Positions 27,610-40,699 of a DNA stretch of 64,000 bases are shown here, in pieces. The notes under the pieces are model-generated. The model had not been told where the DNA came from. It was given only the letters and a program-made list of their open reading frames with translations, and ran no database searches. A program made the translations under genes and the position numbers. Numbering within the stretch: position 1 is the stretch's first letter; each line of letters opens with the position of its first letter. This stretch comes from Octopus sinensis (lineage: Eukaryota), in contig NC_043000.1 of NCBI RefSeq assembly GCF_006345805.1, forward strand, positions 53,754,001 through 53,818,000, given 5' to 3'.

Positions 27610-28200
27610 CAGCACAAGGCAAGTAATATCGGGGAAGGGGCAAGTCAGTTATATCGACTCCAGTATTTAACTAGTACTTATTTTATCGAATCTGAAATGA
27701 TGAAAGGCAAAGTCAACTCCGGTGGTATTTGAACTCAGAACACGAAGTCAGAAGAAATGCTGCTAAGCATTTTCCTTCCAGTCCGGTAACGAATCCGCAA
27801 AATTTCGGACCTTGTGCCTTATATTGGCTTAATGTTAGTATGCATGAGGCATACGCATTAACTTTAGATAGGTGTACGTCTACACAATGCTAAATAAGTT
27901 CTCATGGGTACCTAGGAGTTGTAGTCAGATTTATTTCAAAGTTGAGCTGATAAATGAACTGTTCTTTGATAGAGGTGTAACTAGATTTGTTTCATATATT
28001 GGTATCGAATTTTGGCTCAAGGTAAAAACGTCTGGAAATGGGGATAGTCGGCTACTCCAACTTCAGTACTCGACTGGTACTTATTTTATCGACCTCAAAA
28101 GCCGAAACAATGAAAGGAAAATTCGACTCCAGTTGAGTTTGAACTCAGAACGTAAAGACAGATGAAAAATCGGTAAGCGGTTAGCCCAGCGTGCTACCAA
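27610..28200 (-). mobile_element. Two SINE family B copies (minus)
   Basis: gaaaggcaaagtc..atttgaactcagaa (reverse B-box region) at ~27700 and ~28110. Confidence 0.75.
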
Positions 28201-28204
28201 TTAA

Positions 28205-28655
28205 GTACCTGTTACGAACAAGGGTCGATATAATCGACTTAATCCGTTTGTCTGTCCTTGTTTGTCCATTCTGTGTTTAGATCCTTGTGGGTAGTTAAGA
28301 AATAGGTATTTCTTCTGCTCCTACGTTCTGAGTTCAAATTCCGCCGAGGTCGACTTTGCCTTTCATCCTTTCGGGGCCGATTAAATAAGTACCAGTTACG
28401 CACTGGGTCGATATAATCGACTTAATCCGTTTGTCTGTCCTCGTTTGTCCTCTCTGTGTTTAGCCCCTTGTGGGTAGTAAAGAAATAGGTATTTCGTCTG
28501 TCTTTACGTTCTGAGTTCAAATTCCGTCAAGGTCGACTTTACCTTTCGATCTTTCCGGAGGCGATAAATTAAGTACCAGATGCGTACTGGAGTCGATATA
28601 ATCGACTGGACTCTACCCCAAAATGTCTCGCCTTGTGCCTAGAGTAGAAAAAAAT
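28205..28655 (+). mobile_element. Tandem ~183-bp SINE family B multimer
   Basis: The unit restarts at GGTATTTC at 28305 and 28488; the last unit ends in the normal SINE tail. Confidence 0.85.
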
Positions 28656-28779
28656 ATTTAATAATCATATTTCAAAATATATCCAAATCAAATTTATACA
28701 TACTAACGAAAAAAGTAATCATGCAATTATATATTAAGATAATATCGTTTCTACTGTATCTATAAGATTTTGAATTTGG

Positions 28780-29165
28780 AAGGGTAGCATGTGTAGTCGA
28801 TTAAATTGACGGCGGTACTTAACTAGAAGGTATATCATCAACCCCGAAAGGATCAAAGGACATGTCTACCTTGACGGAATTTGAACTCAGGATGTAAAGA
28901 CGTACGAAATGCTGCTAAACATTCTACCAGCACCCCGACTTACACATATTCGTTACAAAATTTGGCACAAGGCCAGAAAATTTCCGGTTGGGGCTAAGTC
29001 TGTTACATCGACCCCAGTGTGCACCTGGTACCTATTTAATCAACCCTGGACGGTATAGAAGGCAAAGCCGACCTTGGGGGAATTTGAACTCAGAAAATAA
29101 AGACGGTCGAAATATCGCTAATCATTTTGCCGGGCATGCTAAAGATTCTGCCAACTCGTCGCCTA
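28780..29165 (-). mobile_element. Two SINE family B copies (minus)
   Basis: ggaatttgaactcag at ~28880 and ~29085; reverse head gattctgccaactcgtcgcc at ~29150. Confidence 0.75.
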
Positions 29166-30434
29166 CGCCAACATGCACATATGGGTTTCAAATTTTGGCG
29201 CAAGGTTGGAAATTTCATGGGAGGAGATAAGCATATTAGATTGGGAGGGAATAAGTAGATTCTATGATTATAGAAACACAGGATGGACTAAGTGGAGCAA
29301 GAGCACACACGAGAACGGAAAATGTCGCTGTAGAAATCATAGATATGTGACGAAAGATTCCCGGACAATGGACATAGGTTAGAATAAGAACAGTAAAAAA
29401 ACGAATAAAGAACGAATATATAGTGCGTGTGTTTATTTGGCAAAAAATGACCGTCCCGAAATACAATATTTTCTTACTATAACACATCAAATTATGAAAT
29501 TTTAGAAGTTTTTTACGTTGCCCAAAAGTATGATATAGCACCGCAAATTTATATACACAAACCCACACACTGCTAACATCATTAATTGATAGTAAATACT
29601 TTTCATCTCTTCAATAATTTCCCTCCTGCAGATGATAATAGGTATTATTATTTCCCCTTAAACCATATATTTCAATTTATATTTGGTACTTATTTATGTC
29701 TCATTATCAGTTTGAATTTATCATCGCCTATATTTTATTTGAAAATAAAAAAGCTCGCAGAAACATACACACACAAGCATACAGAAAGACAGAGGGAGGA
29801 GAGTGCTGCTGTCAATACATTTCTTCCACAAAATCTTGTTACTCTGATTAGCAAGGCAACAAGAATCGTTAGAGAGACAGGTAAAATGATTTTCACTATT
29901 TATTACCGCTTTTTAAAAATCTGAGTTCAGAGGTGAAAATTACCCTTCAAGCCTTTGTGACCCTTTAGTACATTTGTTTTAGTCTTAATCAATCTAGACA
30001 ATCGTATTGGATCCTAAGAATCGTTACTAAAAGTTTCTGATTTTGTCCCTGTTTCAGAAACTATTGTTTCTAAGACGAATGCTCATAGTTGCTTATTCCT
30101 TCTGTATTAATCTATTTTCTGCATAGGATTTAAGATTCAGCAATTCTACATCATTCAAAATTTACAACACCATATCATATATACATTCATAATTTTAATG
30201 AACGTCGATCAATCTGCCGTTCAAAATATTTTAATTGGTAAATAATACTTCGTTATCATTATGTCTGTATAATTACATCTGTAACTTTATTCATCTTTTT
30301 ATTTTATTTTGCAATAATTGTTACGTATTTCTTCGAATATATAATATAGAATTAAAGCACACATTTCTGTAACATATATTACTTCTACTTTGAACGAACT
30401 CAAACCTAACCTTAGATTTAGCTGTCTTTATGAT

Positions 30435-30570
30435 ACATAAAAGCGGTGGTCTTGCAGAAATTTAGCACTCCGAACAAAATGATCAGCGCCATTTCTTCCG
30501 GCTTAACTTTCTGAGTTCAAATGCCAAAAGGTCAGCTTTGCATTTCATCCTTCTAGGACAATGGAAGTAT
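30435..30570 (+). mobile_element. SINE family B fragment
   Basis: Head cttgcagaaatttagcac followed by ttctgagttcaaatgcc. Confidence 0.6.
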
Positions 30571-30762
30571 TAGTTTACACAGTCCTCGCCCTCAAAATTT
30601 TATATCTTGTGCCTATAATAGAAATGATTATATAGTAGAGATCAAAAGGAACGTTACTTGTCTTTTCCTGATCAACAAAAGAGGCAGCTGTGGCTTTGGT
30701 ACCCTGACAGGTACCGTATACTGTCGAAACTGAAATTCCACTGCATTGACTGTTGTTATAAA

Positions 30763-31335
30763 GGCGGCGAGCTGGCAGAAACATTAGCATACCAAGCTAA
30801 ATGCGTAGTCGCATTTCGTCTGCCGTTACGTTCTGAGTTCAAATTCCGCCGATGTCGACTTTGCCTTTCATACTTTCGGGGTCGATAAATTAAGTACCAG
30901 TTACGCACTGGGGTCGATATAACCGACTTAATCCGTTTGTCTGTCCTTGTTTGTTCTCTCTGTGTTTAGCCCCTTGTGGGTAGTAAAGAAATAGGTATTT
31001 CGTCTGCCGCTACGTTCTGAGTTCAAATTCCGCCGAGGTCGACTTTGCCTTTCATCCTTTCGGGGTCGATTAAATAAGTACAAGTTACGCACTGGGGTCA
31101 ATGCAATCAACTTAATCTGTTTGTCTGTCCTTGTTTGTCCTCTCTGTGTTTAGCCCCTTGTGGGTAGTAATGAAATAGGTATTGCGCCTGTATTTACGTT
31201 CTGAGTTCAAATTCTGCCGAGGTCGATTTTTTCTTACATCCTTTCGGAGTAGATAAATTAAGTACAAGTTGCATTCTGGGATCGACTGGCCCCCACACCC
31301 AGAATTTCGGGCTTTGTGTCTAGAATAGAAAATAT
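30763..31335 (+). mobile_element. tRNA-derived SINE family B with three internal ~184-bp tandem units
   Basis: Head ggcggcgagctggcagaaac (A-box like) and B-box gagttcaaattcc; units start at ~30810, 30994 and 31178. Confidence 0.85.
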
Positions 31336-31341
31336 ATAAAG

Positions 31342-31575
31342 CCGGCGAGGTGGCGTAATGGTTTGCATGACGAACAAAATGTTTATCATCTGCATTTACG
31401 TTCTGAATTTGCATTTTATCGAGTTCGACGATACCTTTTATCCCTGAAGGGCCGATAAGATAAGTAAAAGTTGAGTAGTAGAGTCGATGTGATCGACTTT
31501 CCCCTACCTCCCCTCTCCCTCTCATTACTCCCAAATCTCAGGTTCTGTGCCTATAATGGAAATGGTTATCATTAT
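31342..31575 (+). mobile_element. Diverged SINE family B copy
   Basis: gccggcgaggtggcgtaa head, ttctgaattt..ataagtaaaagtt body, tgtgcctataatgg tail. Confidence 0.6.
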
Positions 31576-34500
31576 TAGTGTTATAATTATAAGTTGTCGT
31601 GTAGCAGTAGCTAAAGCAGCAGTGGTAGCAGTAATTGCATTATTAGTGGTGGTGGTGGTGTGGAAAAGCGCAACGTTCATAGTTTTTCATTTCGTAGACA
31701 TTCAGCAGAGATATTAAGAGATTAATACCAAATGTACATAGTTTGCAGCAAAAGTGAGTAAAATATACAAAAGAATAGTTACATACAGAAATGAAATAAA
31801 ATTTCAGACATAAAATTATAGCTTATGAAGCGTTTTTAAAATTTTTGCTTTTGTTTGTACACATTAATGTCTTCTCTTCATTTTTTCTTTCTTGGTTTTG
31901 TTTAATTAAGAATTCATGTTTTTCACGATGCAGTTTCTATTCTTCGAAATAACTCTCGTACTGCAGCAACCATTTAATTACATTTCATTTACAATTTAAG
32001 CTACTCTTCAGATTAATTCTAACTATATGTCGGCCGCATGGAATTGTAGTCTACGTGGAGATTGGTAGCTGTTTCTTGCTAATTAATGGAATATGCACGC
32101 TAATTTTTTTGTGCTTCTATTGTAAACCGCCTCCTCTTCTCGCATTATAACAACCTGTGAAAAGATAGTAATATATACAGATATGAACACACACACACAC
32201 ACACACAGACATATATACATGTACAGATTTCTATGCGCTCACTTTTGTATTCTTAACTGCATATACATGATACATATATAACTTATGTATGTCATACATA
32301 CATATATACATACATACACACACATACACACACAGCACACACACACACACGTTTATACAGGCATGCACTTGCGCGTAGGCAACCACATATGTATATAAAG
32401 ACAGCGATATTTCTAATTCCTACTACGAACTCTAATGATCAACTGGGGAGGAAACAAGAGAAGTATTTTTTAACATCGTTTCTGTTTCCTTCCATAATGA
32501 AAACACATAGTCATCAATGAGATACGTACGTATTAATATTTATACTCCTTGATGCACATAAACACACAGACATAGAGTATAAGCATTCATGCATGAAGAA
32601 AGCTATAACATCCATTATTAGTGTTTTACATTAAATGCAAACTTTATTTTACTTATGGAAATAACTTGATAGATTTCTAAAACAAATTACTGGACAGATA
32701 CCAAAAGCATATTATTTGCAAAAGTGAAAAAAAAAGGAAAATATACAGTTAATATTTTTTCTCATCTTCGTTCTCTTTCAGTAGAAAAAAGGGTGTATTA
32801 ATTCGACAAAGTTTCTTAAAGTTTATAAATACCAATCATAGTTTGTGTGCTTCCGACACACATACACGAGCGCGTGCGAACACACACACACAGACACACA
32901 GATACACAGACACACACGCAGACTTACACACAGACACACACACAGACACACGCACACACACACATTGCCAATTGTTTTGGCTAATTTTTAAATATTAGCG
33001 TAGTTTACAGATTTTCAGAAGTTTCTAATCATGCAGTTACCATCGATGGTGTGTTTCATACACACTCATAAACAAACATACACGTATTTCATAATATATG
33101 TGTGTGTGTGTGTGTGTGTATGTGCGTGCGTGTGCGTGCGCACGCGTGGTTGAGGGTGTGGGCGTATGTGTTTGTGAAATGTGTTACTAGCAAAGTTAAT
33201 GTTTTGCTAAAATTGATTTTTATATTTAGTTTTCTTCCGAAAATTTCTGTTTTGCAAAATGTTTCAACAACTGTAATAATAACTGAACAATTTTAAATTA
33301 GTTATAAACAGCCAACTTACTTTTGGAAGAAAGATACTTCTTACGATTATCAATATCTGTTGCTTTTAAGAATTTTGCTTCTCAATAACGTGAACTTCGT
33401 GGGTCCTACTACTTCTAAACTATTGTGGGCAATAGGATTCTGAGTGAAATCATGTAGAAGGGACTTGAAGTGTCTATGCGTAGATCTTGACTGATTTTTT
33501 TTTGAAAATGACATATTGTCTAGGCCTCCTATATATGAATTACACGATATCTTAATGTGCTGCATTCTTGTATATTAAACTACTTTTCCCAGGCTGTTTG
33601 AGAGATCTTGCAAAAGGATTCTTGGCACTATTCATGTGCTTTGACTACATCATAAACTTTATAAAATTTCTACATTTGTCTGTGTCTTTAAAGTGCTATA
33701 TTTTCCATCATTGTATAACAGATGACATTCTGACAATATCCAGGTACTAAAATACTAATAAAGTTGTTAATCGTATAATGGTCCAGCATATCTATCTATA
33801 AATAAGGATCAGCTTCAGTGATGTAAATTATATGAGAGCATTTTGTGTTGAGTATTTTATAAACATGTTTTTTTTTATGCTACGCACCCTTGTTACAGAA
33901 CTCATGGGAAACAACAGAAGTAAATTACTAAGGCTTATATATATTATTTACTTGAATTATTCCCATCAGAGAAAGTCATCAGTAGGGTGCCAATGTACTA
34001 AGGGTTTCAGAACATTAATTGAACTTGTAAATGTTTCAAGAAATTTTCATTGCAGAAGTTAGATGTAATTAGACATATAATGGTATTTTCAGTTAATTAG
34101 ACAATCCATAATTGAATGTGAATTATTACTGTTGAGTTCAATGGTTAGGGTTGTATAATCACTGATCCATTAATAATGTATGGACACTACCTATTCTGGC
34201 ATTCAGTCAGATTTTTGACAAGGCACTCTACTCATCAGAGATCGCATAATTGAAATAGAATTTCTCATCCCATTTCACAGTACAGTGGTTGGTAATAGAA
34301 GAATCATCCAGCTATAAAAATGTGTACATTCTAAATGGAAGCCTCGTAACTTGCTGAATAGATTAGATGAAGACTATTTAACAAATTAGATAAATATGTT
34401 TAATGCATTTCTCTGACGTTAGACCACTTATTCAAATATTTTACTATAGAGAGAACCATGAACATTTTCAGGCTGCCAGACATAGATCATGCCAATAAAT

Positions 34501-34844
34501 TCTTTGCCTCGACTACATTTATACAGATCACAGTAATAAAAGTATTAATTACACAACATAAAACTATGAATATTGACTGCACTATCGTAAACATTTTACA
34601 TATATTTAATTATCTACCGAAGAAACGGTTTGAAATATTGTCTATTAGAAACGTTTTAATGAATTAGGGTGATGCGCAAGTTATTTAATTATAAATATTT
34701 CCGAAAATATGAAGATGCATTATTGGTCATGTTGATGAGACCAAATGTTTCTATTTAATTTGAAAAAAACCTCATGTTGTCATCACTATTCATTGATCTT
34801 GGCTGGGAATCTTAACTGTCATCAATATATATATATATTTTAGT

Positions 34845-35210
34845 TTCAAGGTTCGTCCAAGCCTGGGACAACGGGCCATGCGTCCCCTGCTCAATCAGGA
34901 CCACAACATATAGGTACACTGTGACATAATTTCTTTTCCTCAACAGGCCCTGCTCTGTTTAACATTGTCCCAAAACTAATTAAAGAGGATAAGGATCCCT
35001 TCACCTTTAAACGGAGTCTGGACAGATTTCTTCAAGGAAGACCAGATAAGCCACACATACGTGGATACAACTCACTCAACAATAACTCACTACTTGAATG
35101 GACCATAAACAAAACTTGACTTAAAAAGGATTTAGATAATCCTATCAGGTGGTGCTATTAAGTTAGACTTGTTCTGGACCAATCTTTGGTCGAAAAATAT
35201 CTAAGTTTAT
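34845..35210 (+). mobile_element. 3' end of a CR1/L2-group LINE
   Basis: TL.HNFFSSTGPALFNIVPKLIKEDKDPFTFKRSLDRFLQGRPDKPHIRGYNSLNNNSLLEW* resembles the CR1/L2/Daphne ORF2 C-terminus and is followed by a short 3' UTR. Confidence 0.75.
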
Positions 35211-35260
35211 CTTAGTTTTATAATAAATCTTTGAGCAAGGTATATACAGTAGCTGCTCGA

Positions 35261-35626
35261 CATCGTGAAGTATACTTGTCACTTAAATGTGGCTAACCCT
35301 TAAGGGTGGATGCTACTGTAGCTTGTAGCCCCAGAAAGACTCCTCCTCCAGCTGGTTATTGACACACTTTGTGTGCCCTATCGGTATTTGCATCGGCAAC
35401 CGGTGATTGTCACAAGCTAATGACGGGTCAGTTCCCAGAAACCCGGGTCCATGTGTATCACGTCAGGTTGAAGATGGGAAGGATGACTTCCCTTTGCATA
35501 TACTGATAGGTCACAGAAAGTGTGACAATAGCCAGCTAGAGAAGGTGTTTTCCTGGGGCTACAAGCTACAGTAGCATCCACCCTTAAGGGTTAGCCACAT
35601 TTAAGTGGCAAATATACTTCACGATA
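35261..35626. mobile_element. MITE with ~120-bp TIRs
   Basis: catcgtgaagtatacttgtcacttaaatgtggctaacccttaagggtggatgctactgtagcttgtagcccc... versus ...ggggctacaagctacagtagcatccacccttaagggttagccacatttaagtggcaaatatacttcacgat. A diverged relative lies near 49050-49125. Confidence 0.85.
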
Positions 35627-35735
35627 TATATAGGTATTGTGTACTGTATAAAGTAATAGATATTTGTAAAACTGATGAATATTTCGTTAACTTTCAATGT
35701 CAAAGATAAATTCATCAACAAGCAATGGAAATATA

Positions 35736-36148
35736 TCTTTTATTTGTTTCAGTAATTAAACAGCGGCTATGGTGGGGTACACCCTTGATGAATTTTAGCT
35801 GAATGAATTGATGCCAACGCGTACTTTTTAACTATCTGGTACTTATATACTATTGGAATCTTTTGCCGAATCAATAAGTTACTGTGACGTATACACTATA
35901 ACCAGCTGTTATGTGGCTATGGGGGATAAACACGGATACAAACACACGCACACTTTCGCACACGCACACGCGCACAGACACACATACACACAGAGTCTTC
36001 TTTAAGTCTCCTTGCGCCAAATCCACTCACACGGTTTGGTCAGCTATAGCATTAGACACTCCTCCAAGGTGCGACACTATGGACCTCAAGCCCGAACCAT
36101 GTGGTCGAGAAGTCAGCTTACGCCTGTGCATATATTGCCACCCCTGCG
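35736..36148 (-). mobile_element. SINE family A, diverged near-full-length copy
   Basis: Tail, (CA)-rich middle and reverse tRNA-like head (ccgaaccatgtggtcgagaag..gccacccctgc). Confidence 0.7.
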
Positions 36149-36964
36149 TATATATATACTCTCTTAACTTGGGACATCACTGTTTTAAATGGATGTATAT
36201 GTTCTACAATCATCATTATGGTAACTTTTAACCGATGTTTATGGTAAATTTTACACTTCGACAATGTTATTTTATTGACACAAGTAATTACTTGATACAA
36301 GCCGACTTCATACTATGATGAAACATGAAATTTATGCGCACATGAAACATACATTTAGATTTTACTTCATCTTTTGATATCCAACATTATATTAATGCTA
36401 GTATCATATTTACAAATGGAGATAACGGTATGGAATATGTAATTTGCTACTGTTTGGTCGCCTTTCACTTGCCGTGTGTTACTCTCGTATTAAGCCTATT
36501 GAGTAAATCTACTAACTGTACATGGTTCACACTTAGGTTTCTCCTGAATGTGACATCGTAACACTTTAATATCAATTATTTGCCATTATGAACAGAGCAC
36601 TCTAAATATTCAGCAGATGATATTCATTTTCCAAATTATTAATGTGTATGACTATGATACCTATTATTCTTATTAATATCCCAGTCGTCTTATTCGTATT
36701 TCGCCATTTACTGAAGAAATTTAACTGTAACTAGAAATAGTTAGAATATGGAAGTGTTTCGATATATCCCTCCAATAAAGATGGGATTCTAATAATTCCT
36801 CCTTTCGCTTGTGTCTGCTGAAAAATATGTCCTTCTTTCTATATTTTTCTTTTATTATTTTCTTGACCACATATTGCGCTTTACATTATATGGGTCACTT
36901 CAACGACCCATCTGTTCAGCTAGAAATACGTTACTGCCACATAATATTTGCCGTCTCTGTTATT

Positions 36965-37080
36965 ATAACCGGATTAAGTCGGTTATATCGACCCCAGTGC
37001 GTAACTGGTACTTAATTTATCGACCCCGAAAGTATGAAAGGCAAAGTCGACATCGGCGAAATTTGAACTCAGAACACGCT
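36965..37080 (-). mobile_element. SINE family B fragment
   Basis: cgaccccagtgcgtaactggtac...aaatttgaactcagaa. Confidence 0.8.
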
Positions 37081-37525
37081 ACATTGTACAATGGTTCAAA
37101 ATTATGCGGCTTCCGATTTCGCAGAATTGTGATCAACTGAAATCATAGTGAAATCGGTTATTGCTATATGGAGGTTATCATATATGTAGCCAGTTTCGGT
37201 TGTACGTTCCGCTGCTGGGTAACTGCAGTATACAGTGCCATCTGTTTAGGAACCAAAATAAATGGTCGCCTCCTGGAACCGTGTTCCTTCTGGCGCCGCT
37301 TTGTCTATTAAGGATTGTAAAGCATTTCACACTTATAAGTTTTTGGTCCTGGATATCACTTTTGTGATATATAGGGATGTTAAAAATATTACCAATCCAA
37401 ATGTAACATAAAAGGGCCATACTAGGATACGCGGAAAAGGTCAGAGCGATGGTGTCAAACTAAAAGAAAACTCATGTGTAAAAACCTTCCTAGAGGAGTA
37501 TCAAGTAGTAACATGGTACATATTA

Positions 37526-37760
37526 GGTGGCGAGCTGGCAGAAACGTTAGCACGCCGGGCGAAATGCTTAGCGGTATTTCGTCTGCCGTTACTTTGTGAG
37601 TTCAAATTCCGCCGAGGTCGACTTTGCCTTTCATCCTTTCGGGGTCGATAAATTAAGAACCAGTTACGCACTGGGGTCGATGTAATCGACTTAATACATA
37701 TGTCTGTCCTTGTTTGTCCCTTCTATGTTTAGCCCCTTGAGGGTAATAAAGAAATAGGTA
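37526..37760 (+). mobile_element. SINE family B, monomer ending in the alternative tail
   Basis: Well-conserved head with A/B boxes; ends at ...aaagaaataggta. Confidence 0.85.
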
Positions 37761-38163
37761 TATATTAGGAGGGATGATTTGGTGTGTGTTCAACCCGAAA
37801 ATTTAGTCTATTCACGGCGTTAAATTTTGCTAACGTCCTAAGAATTCAATTAGGTGCATAATATTTGGTCTATATCGCCAATTAGACAAGATCTGAAAAG
37901 ATGTCCTTAGTGGTGCGGTGAAGCTCGGAGAGAAATACACCGAGAGTAATTTGCCACGTAAGTCGTACGGCATATTACTCTCGGTGTAATACAAAATACA
38001 AAGTTGTATCTCATTTTACATAGCCTCTTTCTCAGCCACTGGTTCATGCCCATTGTGATTTTCAGTTACTTTGAATTCACTTGCTTCGCTAACATTCAAA
38101 TGCACACATTTATTTCAACATTCCAGCCTGGGCTTCTACTACATTTTGTGTGTTTGCATATTA

Positions 38164-38370
38164 TTATTACCTCCGCCTAAGCTAAGGCGGAGGTATTGTT
38201 TTTCAGTCGTGTTTGATTGTTTCTTTGTCCGTGGATAGGATATCTCAAGAACTACTGGATGGATTCAGATGAAACTTTCATGGATGTTTGGCCTCGTGAC
38301 TGGCACGAACCGATTATATTTTGGCACTGGACAAGGATTCTGGATTATTTTTTAATATTTTCTTTACTTT
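38164..38370 (+). mobile_element. Helentron-associated non-autonomous element (HINE/DINE-1-like)
   Basis: ttattacctccgcc-taagctaa-ggcggaggt 5' palindrome, a GTTT-type microsatellite, then aactactggatggattcagatgaaactt and gatt..attttgg, matching the HINE layout. Confidence 0.65.
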
Positions 38371-38417
38371 ACGTGTATACGTAAAGATTCACATAGTTCC
38401 CTTTTACATACACACAC

Positions 38418-38510
<93 letters not shown>

Positions 38511-38619
38511 GTGTAATAAATAAAATAGATGCATACATACAAACATATATGTGCGTACTTACATCTACATGTATATATACATGCATATATAAATATATAT
38601 ACGTAAGTACAGGACACCA

Positions 38620-39090
38620 CAAAAAGACGTAGAACTCAACAGGAACGAAAACGGAAAAGCCATTTTTTTAAAACAGAAAGACAGAGACGTGGAACAGAGA
38701 CGAGAACGAAAACAAGAGAAACATTATTTACAACAGAAAAACAAGGTACAGGACAAGCTACACAATGAAAATCCCCAATCATCAGCTGTCGCTAGTAGAC
38801 TTAAGCGTATTTCGAAGGCAAGACAGGACACGACTCGTCAATACTAGGCCTTCCTGCGAGAGAATTAAAATAAAATAACCTCGCAGAGGGGTAAAACAAC
38901 CACGAAAAATGTAACACAAACAGGACGTAACAATAAAACTGCACAATAAAATACAAGATAAAAATACATGTACAAGAAAATACAAAACGAAAAATAAAAT
39001 ACAATACGAGAAATCAAAATAAACAAGAAAACAAACGAGAAAAACAAACGAAAAGGCCTTTGTTTTGGCTGGGACGGAAGTACCTGTCAA
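38620..39090 (-). mobile_element. Interspersed repeat with a variant hammerhead-like motif
   Basis: Strongly strand-biased A/T-rich body. On the minus strand at 38792-38847: CUAGUA-UUGACGA-..-GAAA-..-GUC-UACUAG. Confidence 0.45.
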
Positions 39091-39094
39091 AACG

Positions 39095-39290
39095 GTGAGC
39101 AGGCAGAAATGTTACTGCAACGGGCAAAACGGTTAGCGGTATTTCGTCCGATTTTACGAAGGAAGTTCAAATTGCACCAAGGTGGGGTTTTTTTCGGTGT
39201 CCATAAAATGTAATAGTGGAGCACTGGGATTGATGTAATCAACTCACTCACTCCTTCTAAACCTCTGACATTGTGCCAAAGTTAAAAGCT
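39095..39290 (+). mobile_element. Diverged SINE family B copy
   Basis: gagcaggcagaaatgttac..ggtatttcgtcc..gaagttcaaattgc..tgtgccaaag. Confidence 0.6.
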
Positions 39291-39552
39291 TATGTATATA
39301 TATATATATACATATATATTGATGTGTACGTATGTGTTTGCATTTATGTGTATGCGTGTACATATTTCTGCCAAGACTATATATGTGTAAATAAGACTGC
39401 AACGATAACTTTTGTTTTACGATTCTAGATTTTCGTTAACAGCACAATGTCATGACATGAAATGATATATTTCGGGCTTATTACTTTCAACAATACATTT
39501 TTCATTACATACATCAATACAGTATTTACATACATGCATACATACATATTTG

Positions 39553-39590
<38 letters not shown>

Positions 39591-40699
39591 CATAGACACT
39601 TCTATAAATACCTATATGTATGTATATATATATATGCGTGTGTATATATATATAATATATATATATATATATGCATATATGAACACACGCACTCACACAC
39701 GGTCACACACGGTCACACACATATATATAATGTATACAGTTTTGCATATTTAGACAATAGGTCAATTATAAAATAATGTAATCTAAATTTCATATTTGTT
39801 TTCATTAAAATCACTTTTATCACTTCCATCTATAATTTCAAAGTCTAAATTTATTCTTGAAATCTCATATATGTCATTTACAATTCTATTTATTTAAATG
39901 TGTATATTTATATTCTCTATGAATTAAATTCTCTGAGATCTTTAGTCTGTTTTACTGATTAAAAAAAATGAAGTTTAATACGTTTTGAAAATTCTGTCAC
40001 ATTGCACCACGTCCATTGTTTTTTTTATAAAGTTTACAACAAAGTCAAATGAGTTTTGTTCATCATTGTAGTGGTAGTTGTATTAATGGTTATAGTAGAG
40101 AGATAGGAACATCAGCAGCAGCAATCGTAGTATTAGTAGTAGTAGTAGTAGTAGTAGTAGTAAGAGAAGTGACAGTAGTAACAGCAGCAGCGGCAGTAGT
40201 AGTTTTTGTTGTTATTGTTATTTCCAGCGAAGGTTTTTTTCTTTATTCGGTGGGACTTAACGCGAAATTTAAAATGCCGATAGAAAGAGCGCAAATCATT
40301 TTAATTTTTCTGATGCTCTACTGACTACCCGAGTTCATGCGCTGAAAAATGATATTAGTATTTTCTAATTTTGGCACATTGCCTGTAATTTTAGCGGGAG
40401 TGGGATGAGACGACTACATCGCCCTTGTGTTCCAAGAAATAATGAATGGTAAATCGAAATTTGTGTTCATTGTGATTCATTTTGTAAAAGAACAAACTCT
40501 GATACTTTTTAAAAACAAAAATAGCGAACATGAATACTTAAATATTCTTTCATTTACAGTAGGTAACCACTAAAGGAAATACACATACAGATACAGCGGA
40601 TATCTCATTTATGTAATAAGTAGAAATACTTCAATCAAGAGGATATAATGTAGCAATTTTGAAAAAAAATTCATGTTGTTCAGTAGACTAATTTAACAT

